A program made the position numbers and the translations under genes. This document shows positions 50,213 to 63,404 of a stretch of 64,000 bases of DNA, in pieces; position 1 is the stretch's first letter, and each line of letters opens with the position of its first letter. The DNA is from Euprymna scolopes. Its lineage: Eukaryota. The stretch lies in the NCBI GenBank assembly GCA_053919585.1, contig CM132792.1. One strand, written 5' to 3'. Under the pieces are notes generated by a model. It was not told the DNA's origin. It worked only from the letters and a program-made list of their open reading frames with translations, and did no database searches.

Positions 50213-51184
50213 GGTGGAAGATTAGGACAGTTCTCGCTCTTACCAAAGTCTGCATTAGTGGCTTGCGCCTGCATGAACAGTTATATGAAAATATTATGAA
50301 GTTTAACAAATACCATTATTTCGATAGCCGGCGTAAACTGATGTTGAGAGACTCAACCAACCCTAACTCGAGAAATGTTCAAACATGACTTATCAAAGTA
50401 GACTTTATAGCGTGTGGGGGGTATATTTTTTTTATAAATTAATAAAATATATAATAAAATGGTTGCAGAAATTCCCCTCTGGCCAGAGTAAGCTAGGGTT
50501 GCACCAACAGATGCGGCACACAAATTTATTATGTTTACACTATTAGCCACACTCTTATGTAATTTTGAACAGCATTTCACACACATTTATTCACACACAT
50601 TTTTCACACACGTTTATTCGTTATAGGAAAATCCTAAATTATATCCTAGGAGCAACATCATTACAGTTGCAACCATCTACACTAGAAATAGGTGCTATTT
50701 TTCTATTTTAATAAAAGTACTCTTACCGCTTCCAGTCAACATCCGGAGGTATGCTGCATTTTGAACAGATATGGCGTTGCACCCTTATTATTTGGATCAT
50801 ATATTATACACATAGGTAATCTTTCCATTTTTCCGAATCCAAAATTAATTATTTCTCCCTTCTAACATTCCGTCAAATCTCATTGTCAACCACAAAAACA
50901 CACACTCCAGATATTTACAAACAGGCGTCATTCTATAGAAGATGCACTCATTTTAAATAAAATACCCCAAATGCAAATATATTAGTACATCGAAACATGT
51001 CTATAAGCCAGGACTACTTTTATTTTTACATTAAATACACCGTACATGTTAACCTTTTTTATACAGCTACACTACCGTGTTACATCGTTGTGTTTACATA
51101 AATCCAACATCTTGTTTTCCGACACATTGAAACATGCTGATAAGCATTATTTCTTCTTTATTTTTAATACGGCTGACTAAAATC

Positions 51185-51500
51185 TTTTTTATATGCTAAA
51201 TCGATCGATGCTTCGGTCCAGTCTCGAAAGACAAAGGATACCCCTGTAGGGCCAGTTGCGCGTGTAATTGTGAGGCAAGGCTCGTGCAATCTCTAACCAC
51301 ACCTCTCCTGAATCGATACTGTTTCGGCCAGTGGCAAGGAGAAGACCAGGACGACTAGAAACAATGCCGAGATAAGTGGGGAGCACATACAGCACTGGGA
51401 AGTCCCAAATGGTGACCCATTTAGTACTGGCCAGGTTCAACGTTGCTTAACTTCGTTGATCCAGCGGAAACGGGTGTGTAAACGTGATTATGCCGTATAC
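51185..51500 (-). mobile_element. SINE3: 5S rRNA head, ~190-nt body, A tail
   Basis: Minus strand GTATACGGCATAATCACG..GATCAACGAAGTTAAGCAACG..AGTACTAAATGGGTCACC..TGGGA..GTGCTGTA, then an unrelated body ending TATAAAAAA. Confidence 0.85.
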
Positions 51501-52740
51501 GGTAAATAAAAAATAAATTAACAGATTACCCGATTATTACAGTCGAGACACAGCTTTTCTGAGATTTGTAAACCTGTAAACTACCTAAAATATTTGATTT
51601 ATAAAAGCTTTGTCCTTATATAATTGAAGCCGATGCCGACACACTCACTAAATACTTGAACAATCGATATCGTTTTCTTTCACTGCGAAATAAGCTGCTC
51701 TTTTTAATGAGCGTTCATTTTATGCGTAGACATTTTTGCTAAGTCATCCATATTTCACGATACATACGTTTTAAAGGCGTATGCAAATCATTCACGCCTC
51801 GCGATACGTACGTGTCAAAGGTGTAAGTTCGACGTCCCCATCGTAAGTTCGCCGTGAAGCAAGCGTCTAAAGTGTTTCGTTTTTTATTGTTTTGCCCGTA
51901 AGCGTTAGACGTTTGAGCATTGATATTGCGGCTATTTCTTTATGCTTGCACGGGTACTCGCTGCTATTTACAATTTTTAAGGGAATTGCGTTGTTTTTAT
52001 TGTTTCTCTTATGGCTACCACGGGTAATTACTATTATTAAATATTTAGTTTTAATTTTTAAACGATAATAGGTGAAAAAACAAAATAAATTGTTTTTGAC
52101 TAATTTCCTTTAATTGCATTTCTTTGTAGGTATATCTATTGAAAAATGTCTATAAACAATATTTCTTTCAAAATTATAAAATACTTACATTGTTTCAAAT
52201 TATAAAGTGTTCTATTTATATTGTTTATAATATAAACAAAATTCTGTACATATTTTTAAAATAAATAACCATTGTTTATTATCTAAAGAAAACATTCTTT
52301 TTATATTTCGTCTTTTTTCTGCCTGTTAAAAACTCCCACTTTCTGAGGTACTGTTTACATGTTTACACCGAATAGTAATAGTGACTATAGCATTTTATTC
52401 CTTTTAAGTGATTGAGTGTTCGAGAGTATGTTGCCACTAAAAATTCAGTCTAGCCAACAAAAATACCATATCCTAAACCATACCCTGCCTTCCAGATTAG
52501 TACACACGAGTCGAATAACACTGCAATCACCAAATTTTCTTATTCGTTCATATTATTTGCGCGTGGAAATCCTGACAGCGATTATCAAAGTTAGATTACG
52601 TGGCAAATTTTTGGACAACTCCATGCCAACTCCAAAACATGGGGTTTCTTTTTCAAAATCATAAGCATATTGCAAACATAGGGAAGTTTGGGGTATTCAT
52701 TCCGAAAACTGTTCTTAACATGAGGTGGTTGAGTGTTGAG

Positions 52741-52788
52741 CAACAACAACAACAACAACAACAACAAAAGCAACAACAGCAACAACAG
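52741..52788. repeat. (CAA)n microsatellite
   Basis: About 16 CAA/CAG-type triplets. Confidence 0.9.
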
Positions 52789-53749
52789 CCGTACTTATTT
52801 TTTTACGCTTTGGCAAGGCATGTTACCAGTGAGCAACGCCGGTTTACGAGCCATATTAGTTTCTTTTAATTGGTGATGATTTATCTGAAAAGCTTGGTAT
52901 TAGTAAGAATCCTAAACTTGTGTAAATATTTCTACATTATTAATAGAATTATTTTCGCATCTTTAAATATTTGTGTGTATATCATTTATTTCTTTATAAA
53001 GTAAAACAGCTGCTCGGCGTAAAGTGTCCAAGTATAAGACATATTTAATTTAATTTAGTTTCATGCGAAGTTTAACATAATCGTCAAAATTCAGATTGCT
53101 CTCATATAATGCATCAATAACTAAATGCTCTTAAATTTTCAGCTTCCCTGGAGATTATAAATAGTTTTAAAAATATGAGTACCATCTCTCTTATAAAAAT
53201 TAAAATGCATTTGATTTATAACCCATTTGACATTATCTGTATAGAATTCTCTAATTTCATTTTCTCTTGAAAAACGTTAAGGGTATACCGTACATTTTAG
53301 AGATTTTCCCGGATCAATATCATATATTGCATTTTGATCAAATTTTACATATTCTTATATATAAGGATAAGTAATAATAAGGTCTATAAAAAATTGTTCA
53401 TATTAATGCGGATAAATAAATCTCCTGTCTGGCAGGTTGAAAGTATAGAATTGACAGTTTTTTTTATCTTATTATTCAATATGACAGTACAACATTGATA
53501 GCGCGTGTACCAGTTGTTATATCAGCAGTTGTATAATATCGTGATGGTGTTATTACTACTTGAAGCGACACTTTACTTATCTCCTGTGGGATTTCTCTAG
53601 CCCACAACCACTCTGGGAAGACCCGGTCAATAGTCTACTTGTGCTGCGTATTTGTTGTAAAACGTAATCAATTTGTCCAATCCATTCTAATCCCAAACTA
53701 GAAGAGCACAAATGAAATGAAATCCAAAAGTAAGATTTACGTTCAAACC

Positions 53750-56510
53750 AAGCATTTACAAAAACTAAATAAATTCGTTGCAACTCTTAATCCTCCCATT
53801 TACAAATATCCGAAAGATTAGATATAACCGAGATGATGTAAAGAAGTTTTTTTCTTAGTAAACTCCCCAGATAGTCAAGCATTAATTAAGACAAACGTTA
53901 CACTACACACTCCTCTCGAACTTGAACAAGATATATGGACAGAATTGCACATTATATCCATAACATCGTTCCATTAATTATAAAAAGCAGTGTAAAATCA
54001 TATAATAAGAAATTGGTGTACTTTAAATTAGCCTTACAACACTACATATGTTACTATTAGTTTCTCTATCGTGCTCCTTCGAATAAAGGGTCTCTAGGTC
54101 TACCATGTTTCTAATAGTATATATTTAGTACTCTCCTGTGTTTCTAACGTGGAAGTACATGAGCCTAGGGATGTTAATGTTCACAATATTAACGGACTTG
54201 ATTAATTGAGCTACACAGATGCAGCTGATAGCAACAGTCATATCTTTGTATCGCATTCAATAATATATAGACATTGCCAATGGTCTCGTAGATCATATAA
54301 ATCAGTTAGCCTTACATTTAGATCGATTCCATGCCATAGTATCACATGATTGCGTGAAAATGCCACGAGTCCTCTAGGGAACGACGATCATGTTGTATTG
54401 GTTAAAATAACGCTATTCTAGATTTTAATCTGAGAAGTCGTTTCTCAAAATGTCAAGACGCATCAAAAAGTCTGATTGGAATAGCATAAGTAAACATATC
54501 AGAGATACATCATGGACTAATATCTTTATTGTCATTTTCTAAGATAAGTTAATTATGCAAAGCAGGCAGTGAGCCCCATGTTCTTACAAGGAAGAATTAT
54601 AGCAAGCTATCACTCATCAAAGTTCACTTACAACTTATGCAGTTGCCATTGCCCAGATACTGAATGCATTCTGACCATTCGCCCGTCACAATCAACGTAC
54701 ATGTAGGCAATAGTTTCTTAAAGTTTGAAATAACATAAAAACTGAAATAAGTGCAGATATGAGACAGCATACCGAATGTTCAGGAAACGCATCAAATTGC
54801 AAAAAATATGGACTATTAATTTTTCGAAAATTTATAAAATTGTGGTAAATAAAAAAAATCAACAATTCCCCAACCAAATAACAACCATGATATCACTTGC
54901 ACAGTAGCTGAGAAAGCTAATCTATTTGCGCAACTGTTGGCCTTCAACTACTACTTAGTCCACTAAAAAAGATCCTTAAAAAATTTCCCTTTGTAGCCAG
55001 AACCCACACTAGTAGATCTGAAAACCATACTGTCTGGGTCTGATCTTATCCATGTCATATAATTTCATAAATGCTCCGGTTAGTTAGACCCTGATCCTCC
55101 AACCTCTTTAACAAATGCCTAGTTGATGTTTGCTTTCTAAGTAGCTGGAAATGTGCCTTTATTTTACGAGTACTCAGGAATTCTCTCCAAATAACTGATC
55201 CGTTCAATTTTCGTCCAATTAGTGTATTGCATTATTCGCTTAAATCTTCGAATCTTTAATCAATCAAGCAATAGTACACAATTTTTCTAATTGCCAAGCT
55301 TTCTTCTAAACAAAAGCACCAATATGAGAAAGCGCAATGTAATTTTAACCGTAATCTCTGTGTGGATATACTATGTAATGGATATGATAGGAGAAGTTAA
55401 AGTTGTAGTTCCTGATATATTCAAGGCGTTTGACAAGTTCTGACATGAAGGGATTCCCGAGAAAATAAAACCCTATTGTATTTCTGGAAGAATAATGAGT
55501 ATATTCATACACCTACAATATCAGTAAAATATTACGCATATGAACCGGTATGAATCAGTATGGTCCAATGTGATCCGAGAGCTCAATTCTTGGATTTTCA
55601 TGACTGACTAAGCTTATAAAATTGTGTCAAAGATAAGAATATTTGCTGATAACACTATACTCTATAATAAACATACACCTAAAACGAATAAACGCATATC
55701 AAAGGCAATAGCAGAGATCCTAGAAAGCGATCTAAAGTAGTAGTATTAATAGTAGTAGTAGTAGTAGTAGTACGTGGCCATAAGTGGGTGCTAACATTTT
55801 ATTCTGCTAACACTATACCATTTCAACAACAAAAACCTTTTCTGCCGTAGATTGCTATTACTAATAACATTCTACCTGAAAGGACGGTTGTTGAACTCTT
55901 CGGCCAAATAAGTACAGGTAATATTAATCCGCACAAATACATTGTAGAACTTACCAAATTTTCTGCAAAGAATTGTGGTCCTATTTACTGCCAGATAAAA
56001 TTTCTCATATTAGAGGACATCCTGTGTCTTTACACAGCAACACTTTTCCCATGAATGATGTATGCTTAAACATCTGAACTGGGACATAATACACTAGTCA
56101 CCCACTCTTAGACAAGGTCTAAAAAATTACAAAACCTAATAACTCTGGCACTATCGGCATAGCTCCACGGTCGCAATATCGTAATACTTTTCTTGTTTTA
56201 CAAGGATTTAATAGAATATGATCTGTTGACTTACAACACTTTACAACTTATGACTTGCCTCAAAAGCAGCATAATCTTCACTGTTCAGGTTTCTAGATGC
56301 AAGAAATCTTACTACTCTAATAGGTTCTCCCCCTCGTCTACTAGATTTTTAAATGCTGTTACTCTTTCCTGCACCATTACCGTACTTACATGAAGAAGTA
56401 TAAATGGGATTTTAGCATCTTGCTGCTCAACTTCCTTCAGTTGTCTGCTAGACATGAATCTAAATAGTAGCCCCTTATACTCAAGTAGCAATATGCATTG
56501 GGATGAGAAT
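53750..56510 (+). mobile_element. Heavily decayed near-complete CR1-like ORF2 (family B-related)
   Basis: Ordered remnants LYRAP, GDVNVH, PLGNDDH, SWKCA, NFRPIS, DIFKAFDKF*HEG, IFADNT. Confidence 0.8.
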
Positions 56511-56640
56511 AAGTAAAATAGAAGGGTGCGAATAAGAGCTGTCAGTTAAATATAAAGAGAAAAATTAGGTATAATAAGAGAAACTGTATCATTACAATTT
56601 TAAGAAATGTTTATGTGCGTTTTTAATCTTTTAAATGGCC

Positions 56641-56986
56641 CGGCCCTGTCGGTGGGGCATTAGAATACGCCGACTGCCCCCTGCAGAGGGTAAAAGTCCC
56701 TCAATGTGGGTCCTGGATATGATCTTAAACTATATCCAGTGGTGAGGCTCCAGCTTGTGGGTTTTGGGGAGTGTGGAGCAACCCTTTAATTACCATTGCT
56801 CCCAGGTCCACTCTGACCCGGAGTGGTAGTACCTGTTAGGGTCCCAACTATGGGTTAAATAGAAACCGATGTGAAACAACAAATATATTCTATTAAAAAA
56901 TTTTTCTTCAAAATCTTTGGATTCGGCATTAAATAACCCGAAAAGGGTTGATATGCCGTAAAATAAAAACAACCAACCAACCAACA
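56641..56986 (+). mobile_element. Full-length SINE (346 bp) with 11-bp TSD and (CAAC)n tail
   Basis: TSD TTTAAATGGCC at 56630-56640 and 56987-56997; second copy at 31659; 3' stem GGCATT..AACCC(gaaaa)GGGTT..ATGCC. Confidence 0.92.
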
Positions 56987-57629
56987 TTTAAATGGCCGTT
57001 AAAATATAAAACTTATTATTTAACAACGTCTATTTAACATAAATACGCTGATTACAAAATACCTAGCAGTAATTCTCGCTAATTTTATGCGTGTCATGTC
57101 TTATATTTATAAGAGGAATTGTATTTAAAATCGTTTAAAGTACCATTTGGCAATCCGTTTTAATTTTGTGTTTCTGGCAAGTTATAAGGTAATTGGTTTA
57201 TGAAAGATATAATTTCCTGTAATGCAATATGAAAAATATGATTCTTGATATTCCAGCCTGTTTGTCACAAAAATCCTTGCAGAAAAGTCCATATACGTAA
57301 CACTGTAGATATCAGTACTTTTTACTAAATACGATCGAACTGACAAGAGACAACAAAAAGAGTCTACATAAATTTTAGCAATATTAAACTAGAAAGATGA
57401 CAACGTCTATTTAACATAAATACGCAGTCATCAATCATGGTAATATTTTCTTTCAAGAAAAATAGATTGTCTCTTCTGACAAAAGTCTTTATAGGATATT
57501 GGAGCGACCAAAGAACTAAGAATACATAAATTTTATTCAGACATTATTTCGAATTCCTGAGGGATTTGTGATATTTCGGATGGGCTCGTAATCCACAAAG
57601 CATTCGATCGATTTGCAAAATTTCTTAAG

Positions 57630-57770
57630 NNNNNNNNNNNNNNNNNNNNNNNNNNNNNNNNNNNNNNNNNNNNNNNNNNNNNNNNNNNNNNNNNNNNNNN
57701 NNNNNNNNNNNNNNNNNNNNNNNNNNNNNNNNNNNNNNNNNNNNNNNNNNNNNNNNNNNNNNNNNNNNNN
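57630..57770. other. Assembly gap
   Basis: Run of N. Confidence 1.
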
Positions 57771-57779
57771 TTTTCGGTT

Positions 57780-59013
57780 TTTTAAATTTAAATTCAGATA
57801 AACAAATCTGAGCTCAAACATACATTTATGGATCAATATAAACACTATCGGAATAAACACACTTTTCCCAACGTATTCCCAAGTGTATTTTTGCCAGAAA
57901 CCCACAAATTTAGGGTCCTCGTGGCGATTAAGTCGCTGAAGGCTTTTTTGATATCGCTGAGGTTTTTGAAGCATTTCTCACACAAGAAAGTTATCGAGAT
58001 GCTTGAAAAATGTAGCAATCGGGAGGTAAGAAATCTGGAAAGTATGGCAGATGAGGCTGAGTTTCGTAGTCGAATTCGGTAAACATCTTCAGAGTCAGTG
58101 TAGTTAAGGTGCTGTCTAGCATTGTTGTGGAGGTTAATTGAGCTTTTTTGTCGACTAATGCTGTTTTTTTGTCGAAGTTTTTGATGCCATTTATCCATTT
58201 GTTTACATATTCTCCGCCGTCATGGTTTTGTCGGGATGTAGAAAAAAACCCCGTAATGAATGAAAATGGTCGGAGACTACCAAACAGTAAGCATGACTTT
58301 CTTTTGCTACAACTCTAGGTTCGGGAAATATTGTGGAACTTTGTCTAACCAGTGAGTTGAGCGTCTCCGGTTGTCGTAAAGAACCCACTTTTCATCGCAA
58401 GCCACAACCCAGTTGAGAAACAGGTAATTTTTATTGCGTAAAAATAGAAAGATGACACTTCATATCAGCGTTTTTTTGGGTTGTCGTTCAATTTGTGAGG
58501 CGGCCATTTGTCAATATTGTCGTCTTTCAAACATTTCTCAAGTTGTTGAGAATATACATTACGTCACACCCAGAAGCAATTCTCGAAAAGTTGTGCGTAG
58601 ATTGGCCTCGACTAAGGCTCTTAATTGATGCTATGAACATCAGATAGCTGACCTCTACGCTCATCATCTTTTATCCTCGTTGCCTCTATTTCTTACACCA
58701 CCATTATTCTGTGCGTTCCTGAACCAAATGTTTCGTTTATATCGCGCACTGCTTACACAACTTTTCAGCAGCTTTTTGGCCTACCGAGAATTGAAATAGG
58801 GAAATTGTCAGGAAAAAAATATTTTTTTAAACGTTTGGGGAAAAGACATCCAATTTTTAAACAATTGGAATTTAAACGATTAGATAAAGTGAAACCCCTT
58901 ATTAAAATGATATATAAAGTAAACGTATTATAACTAAAATTATTTTAAAATACACCATTTTAATTCAATTTTTTTCATAAATTCTACAAGAACATTCCTT
59001 TAAACCTGATAAT
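57780..59013 (-). mobile_element. Decayed mariner transposon
   Basis: Minus-strand RDINETFGSG, VACDEKWV, LHNNARQH, YFPDFLPPDCYIF, RWEKCV. Confidence 0.85.
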
Positions 59014-59512
59014 ATTGTTAACGTACAATACCAACTAAGTATAACTTATGCAATCCGATAGTTTCGTGCATGTATTATTACGAAATATAACTCGCTGAAA
59101 TTAAGGAAACTCTTTCGCTTATTGTCTTAACCCGAATGATTTTTTTCTCAAATACATTTTACAAATTTAAACAAATAGATAAACATTTCTATTGCCGTAG
59201 ATAATGCATAACTCCTAACGCAATAATTTACATATATAATGAAGAATATGGTTTAAAATGCATTACTTCTGCAATATTTGAGGATTTGCTGACAAAACGT
59301 TCATGGCTTAATCCAGGACAGAATAGACGTCGCTATCCTCTATCTTATACAGCTATTCTCACAAAATAGAATTGTAGGACTGTGCGACGGAAACAGCGCG
59401 TTTTTCTTTACTTTGATACTGATTTTGACATCATAGTGAACGTTGTGTATTTAGGTACGCATAAAAATTACACGGTGCACACACAATTTCTTATATATAT
59501 ATATATATATAC

Positions 59513-59562
<50 letters not shown>

Positions 59563-60053
59563 TTGTATGTGTAATCATAATTCTTCTTTAAAAATAATGG
59601 CAAACATGATATAATTTGTGGCTTACCTTAATTATATTTCTCAAAATTTGCAATTTAATGTACTGTGTTGTTTAAATACAACAGATTGACAAAAAGCTGC
59701 AAAAAAGACAAAATACAATATACGCTGTGGTGTTCGAATCTTTCGTGGTTATACCAGGGGGTATACAAATAGCATAATTGTTAGAAATGGAGACAATACT
59801 AATACTAATGATCCATGCCGTCTCCTGCAAATTTATCTGAACCCTCTTGAACAATACATTTGATTAAATGGTTCCACAACAAAATTACACAAACATATAT
59901 CCCATATAAACAGTAATTATATAAAAAAAGTTTAATTATTTATTACAAAAGGTTTAAAATACCCATTCATGTAGTTATGCTGTGTATGAAAGAAAACCGT
60001 GAAAACATTATATATATTTCAATTATTTTTGGGAATCTATGACCTAACAGTTA

Positions 60054-61230
60054 TGTAACGAAGCGGAGCGCTTTCATGGTAATGTGGTGAAAATTGTGGG
60101 AACGCAGGCTTACCTCTTAAACGGCCTCGGTGTGCACTTTGCCGACGCAGCCTCAAGATGCTGAAAAGTGTCTAGAATGGTGTTATATAACAATGCAGTC
60201 TCGCCGAATCGCGTGTGCTCTCGCGCACATATGCAAATATGCAAATTTGGAGGAATCTGTCTTTTATAAAAATAGACCACTGAAACAGATGAGACAGATG
60301 TGAAACCGCGTCTACAGAAAATACTGACGGGCGACGCTGCTGCAGTGAGCTGATGTTTTGCGTGTTCTTTTTAGTTTCGTTGCAACGTCAGGTAAAATAG
60401 CGCGTATGGGCGTGTGACAAAAGGTCAGAAGCAGCCAATAGGGGGGGGTAGCAAAAATAGTAGCATCAGCAGACCTCTTAGCACATATGCTGTGTTAGTA
60501 ATTCTTCTAATACACTCACCTACAAAAGACAGAGAGTCTGTTCTGTATGCTGTCAGTACTCAGGGGCTGAGAAAGGAAGAAGAGAAAGAAGAAGAAGAAG
60601 AAGAAGAAGAAGAAGAAGAAGAAGAAGAAGAAGGGGTAGGCGTGGTTGGTTTTATGGGAAAGAGAGCGGGACTAACCGCGATAATTCCTGAGATTTGAGA
60701 GGAATAAAAATCCGAACTTGAAAGCAGAGAAAACAGTGAGAGGAGAGGAAAGTTCCTTCTTTAACAAAGTTCCAGCTCACAGTGAGAAAGAAATGAAGCT
60801 GAAGGACCTAGCAGTTTTAATATGCAAATTAAACAAATGTGCACCCGCTGATGTAACGAGAGCGGGAGAAAAAAGGGGCAGAAGATAGCACGTAGTCGAG
60901 CAAAAAAGGAGAGTAAAGTTCTACCTGGAAAGATGAACGTATGAGGTCGAAACCGAGAAAGTACTGACTTAGAACGGTTACAGGTGGCGAGGACAGAGAC
61001 TTTTAAAAAGCTCGTATTATATGGCACAGCGTTGTAAAACACATGTGTGTACGAAAAGACATTAGAATGATAATAAAATACGTCCTTTTCGTAGAAGAAC
61101 GAATAAATGCCTTTCATTTACTCTGTAAAAAATGCTGAGACGGATTTTTATTTCTATCCCATTTTTTATTGTTCCTTTGCGACGAATATTAGACAACGTG
61201 TGAGTGCGAGTTGTTTGTAATGTAACAACA
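60054..61230. mobile_element. Putative solo LTR containing a (GAA)n tract
   Basis: GC-richer island bounded by TGT..ACA with flanks CAGTTA/CAGTTC; AATAAA at ~61101; no coding motifs. Confidence 0.4.
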
Positions 61231-61647
61231 CAGTTCCCGTGTAATGGCCACATTAATAAAAAAATAATTATTATTACATTGTTTGCTATCACAACGCGTT
61301 ATCTAGACATAATATTCATCTCTCCGACTTTTGCTTTACTTGCAAAGATCTACAAAAGCTGACTTCCGTCCGTATTATCATAGATACAGTTTAGTTAATG
61401 ACAAAAACATGATACTAGCATAAAATAAAATCAATTCTTGAAGCAAACTATTTATAAACTTAATCTAAACGTGTTATATCTCCGTCCACTCCGCTTGATA
61501 AAAGCAATCAAATTATTTAACGGATCTCCATATGACTGTGCATGTAAAAACTAAACAATGTTAATCTCATGTTATAAACACCGTGTGTTCATAAACTGAA
61601 AGAAGAAAAATTGAAATAAAATAGAAGCAACGACTAAAAGTGTTGTA

Positions 61648-63399
61648 TTAGGTTGGTGCAAAAACCATTTCGTTTTCTCACATATGTTATTTTTATATAT
61701 AATTTCTGAATTCATTGAAATATATAGTCATTATATATAACTTAAAAGCACGCTTTTCGCTCTATTTAATCGTCTTATTCATTTCCGTTCTCAATGTCCT
61801 TATTCATTTTGTTGCAGGCTTTTCGACAGCATAGACAAAATTCAAATCGGCACGATTTTCCTTTTCCAGTTCAAACTACTCCGAAAAGTTTTTATTTACA
61901 TGGGTATCATCACTTATCAAGGCCAAAAGGCCACTGAGGATAAGGGTTAAAGAGTGTACAGAAGAAATTGGACAATACAGTAATCGTTAGTAATGGAAAT
62001 TCGATAAATTTGGTAAATGATATGGAACGGCTCATCAAAAACTTGTTTGCGTTAGACTTGAAGACAACCATATTGTAGTCAGCTGGAAAGCAGAAAAACT
62101 GGAGACAATTCCATAGGCGTGCTATTCTAAAAATAAGTTTTGCTCATGGAATCTACGTTTAGGTTTAGGCACAGATAAAGAGTGAGGGAAATTATTGATA
62201 GTGTTTCTTGCTAGACGGGTGTTTTTTGTGAAAGTTTGGCGAGGGGGGCATATTTTGGAGCTCAGCCGAGCACTTGCCATGAAAGTAACGATAAAGCAGA
62301 GACAAACTCGCAACATATTTTATGTGAGAGGTTGCAGGGAAGAGAAAAGGGCATCCCCTACGAGGCTATGAAGTCTATTTTGAACTCTATCAAGTTGCCG
62401 AGATAGATCGTGATATCCATGATACGTTTGGCCCAGGAACTCCTAATGAACGTGTATCACAAATGTTGTTCAAGAAATTTTGCAATTGTGACGAGAGCCT
62501 CGACGATGAAGACGCTCGCAGCCGGCTTACTGCGGTTGATAACGAACATTTGCAAGCCTTAGTTGTAGTCGATCCTCGCAAAACTACACGAGAATCTGCA
62601 ATGTAAGTCGACGTCGACCAGTCAATAGTTGTTCGCCATTTAAAGCAAATGAGAAAGTTAAAATAGTTGGATAAATGGGTGCCGCATAAATTGAACGATA
62701 ATCGAAAAATCGTCGTTTGGAGATGTCTTCTACGCTCCTTCTGCGCAATAAAAACGATCCATTTCTCGAGAAGATTCTGTCGTGTGGTAAGAAGTGAAAC
62801 CGGCGATGTTCGGAACAGTGGTTGGATGTCGGAGCTCCACAACACTTTCCAAGGTCGAATTTGCACCAAAAAAAGTTTATGGTAGCTGTTTGGTGGTATG
62901 CGGCCGGTTTCCTCAATCACAGCGTTTTCAATCTGGGCAAAACGATTACGACGGAGAAATACTGCCGACAAACTGACGTAATGCACCAGAAACTCCAACG
63001 TATGTGCACGGGATAAGACAATATGTACGAACGAATTCTCTTTCATGCCGACGCTTGCCCACATGTTTCTTAACTGATCATGCAGAACCTCCACGAATGG
63101 AGCTACGAGACTCTGACTCATCCGCTATATCTACCGGACCTCTCGCCCAACGATTATCACTTTTTCAAGCATCTCGTCATCTTCCTGCACGAAAAATGTT
63201 CAAAAGCCAAGACGATGACGAATCGGCCTTCAATGATTTCATCGCTTCCAGAACCTCGGGATAAATAAACTTGTTTCTCGTTGGCAAGAATGTTTCGATT
63301 CTAATGGTTCTTATTTCGATGAATACAGTTTCTTGTTAAAGGAGTGATGATCTTTTGAAGTTGAACGTAAAATAGGACATTAGTCTTGCACCAACCAAA
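61648..63399 (+). mobile_element. Full-length decayed mariner (Hsmar1-like TIR) interrupted by a CR1
   Basis: TA|TTAGGTTGGTGCAAAA..TTGCACCAACC; transposase DKIQIGTIFLFQFKL, DKWVPHKL, KKFMVAVWW, HPLYLPDLSPNDYHFFKHL. Confidence 0.95.
61891..62391 (-). mobile_element. CR1-like 3' fragment (family A) inserted in the mariner
   Basis: Family-A C-terminus and 3' UTR; AAGTT duplicated at 61886-61890 and 62392-62396. Confidence 0.9.
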
Positions 63400-63404
63400 G
63401 AGAA

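Noticed and set aside
51385-51500. Functional 5S rRNA gene
   Set aside because: Diverged helices, no T-run terminator after the head, and it continues into a SINE body.
52600-52869. PolyQ ORF as a host exon
   Set aside because: Explained by a (CAA)n microsatellite; flanking translation is uninformative.
60414-60698. PolyE ORF
   Set aside because: Product of a (GAA)n tract.
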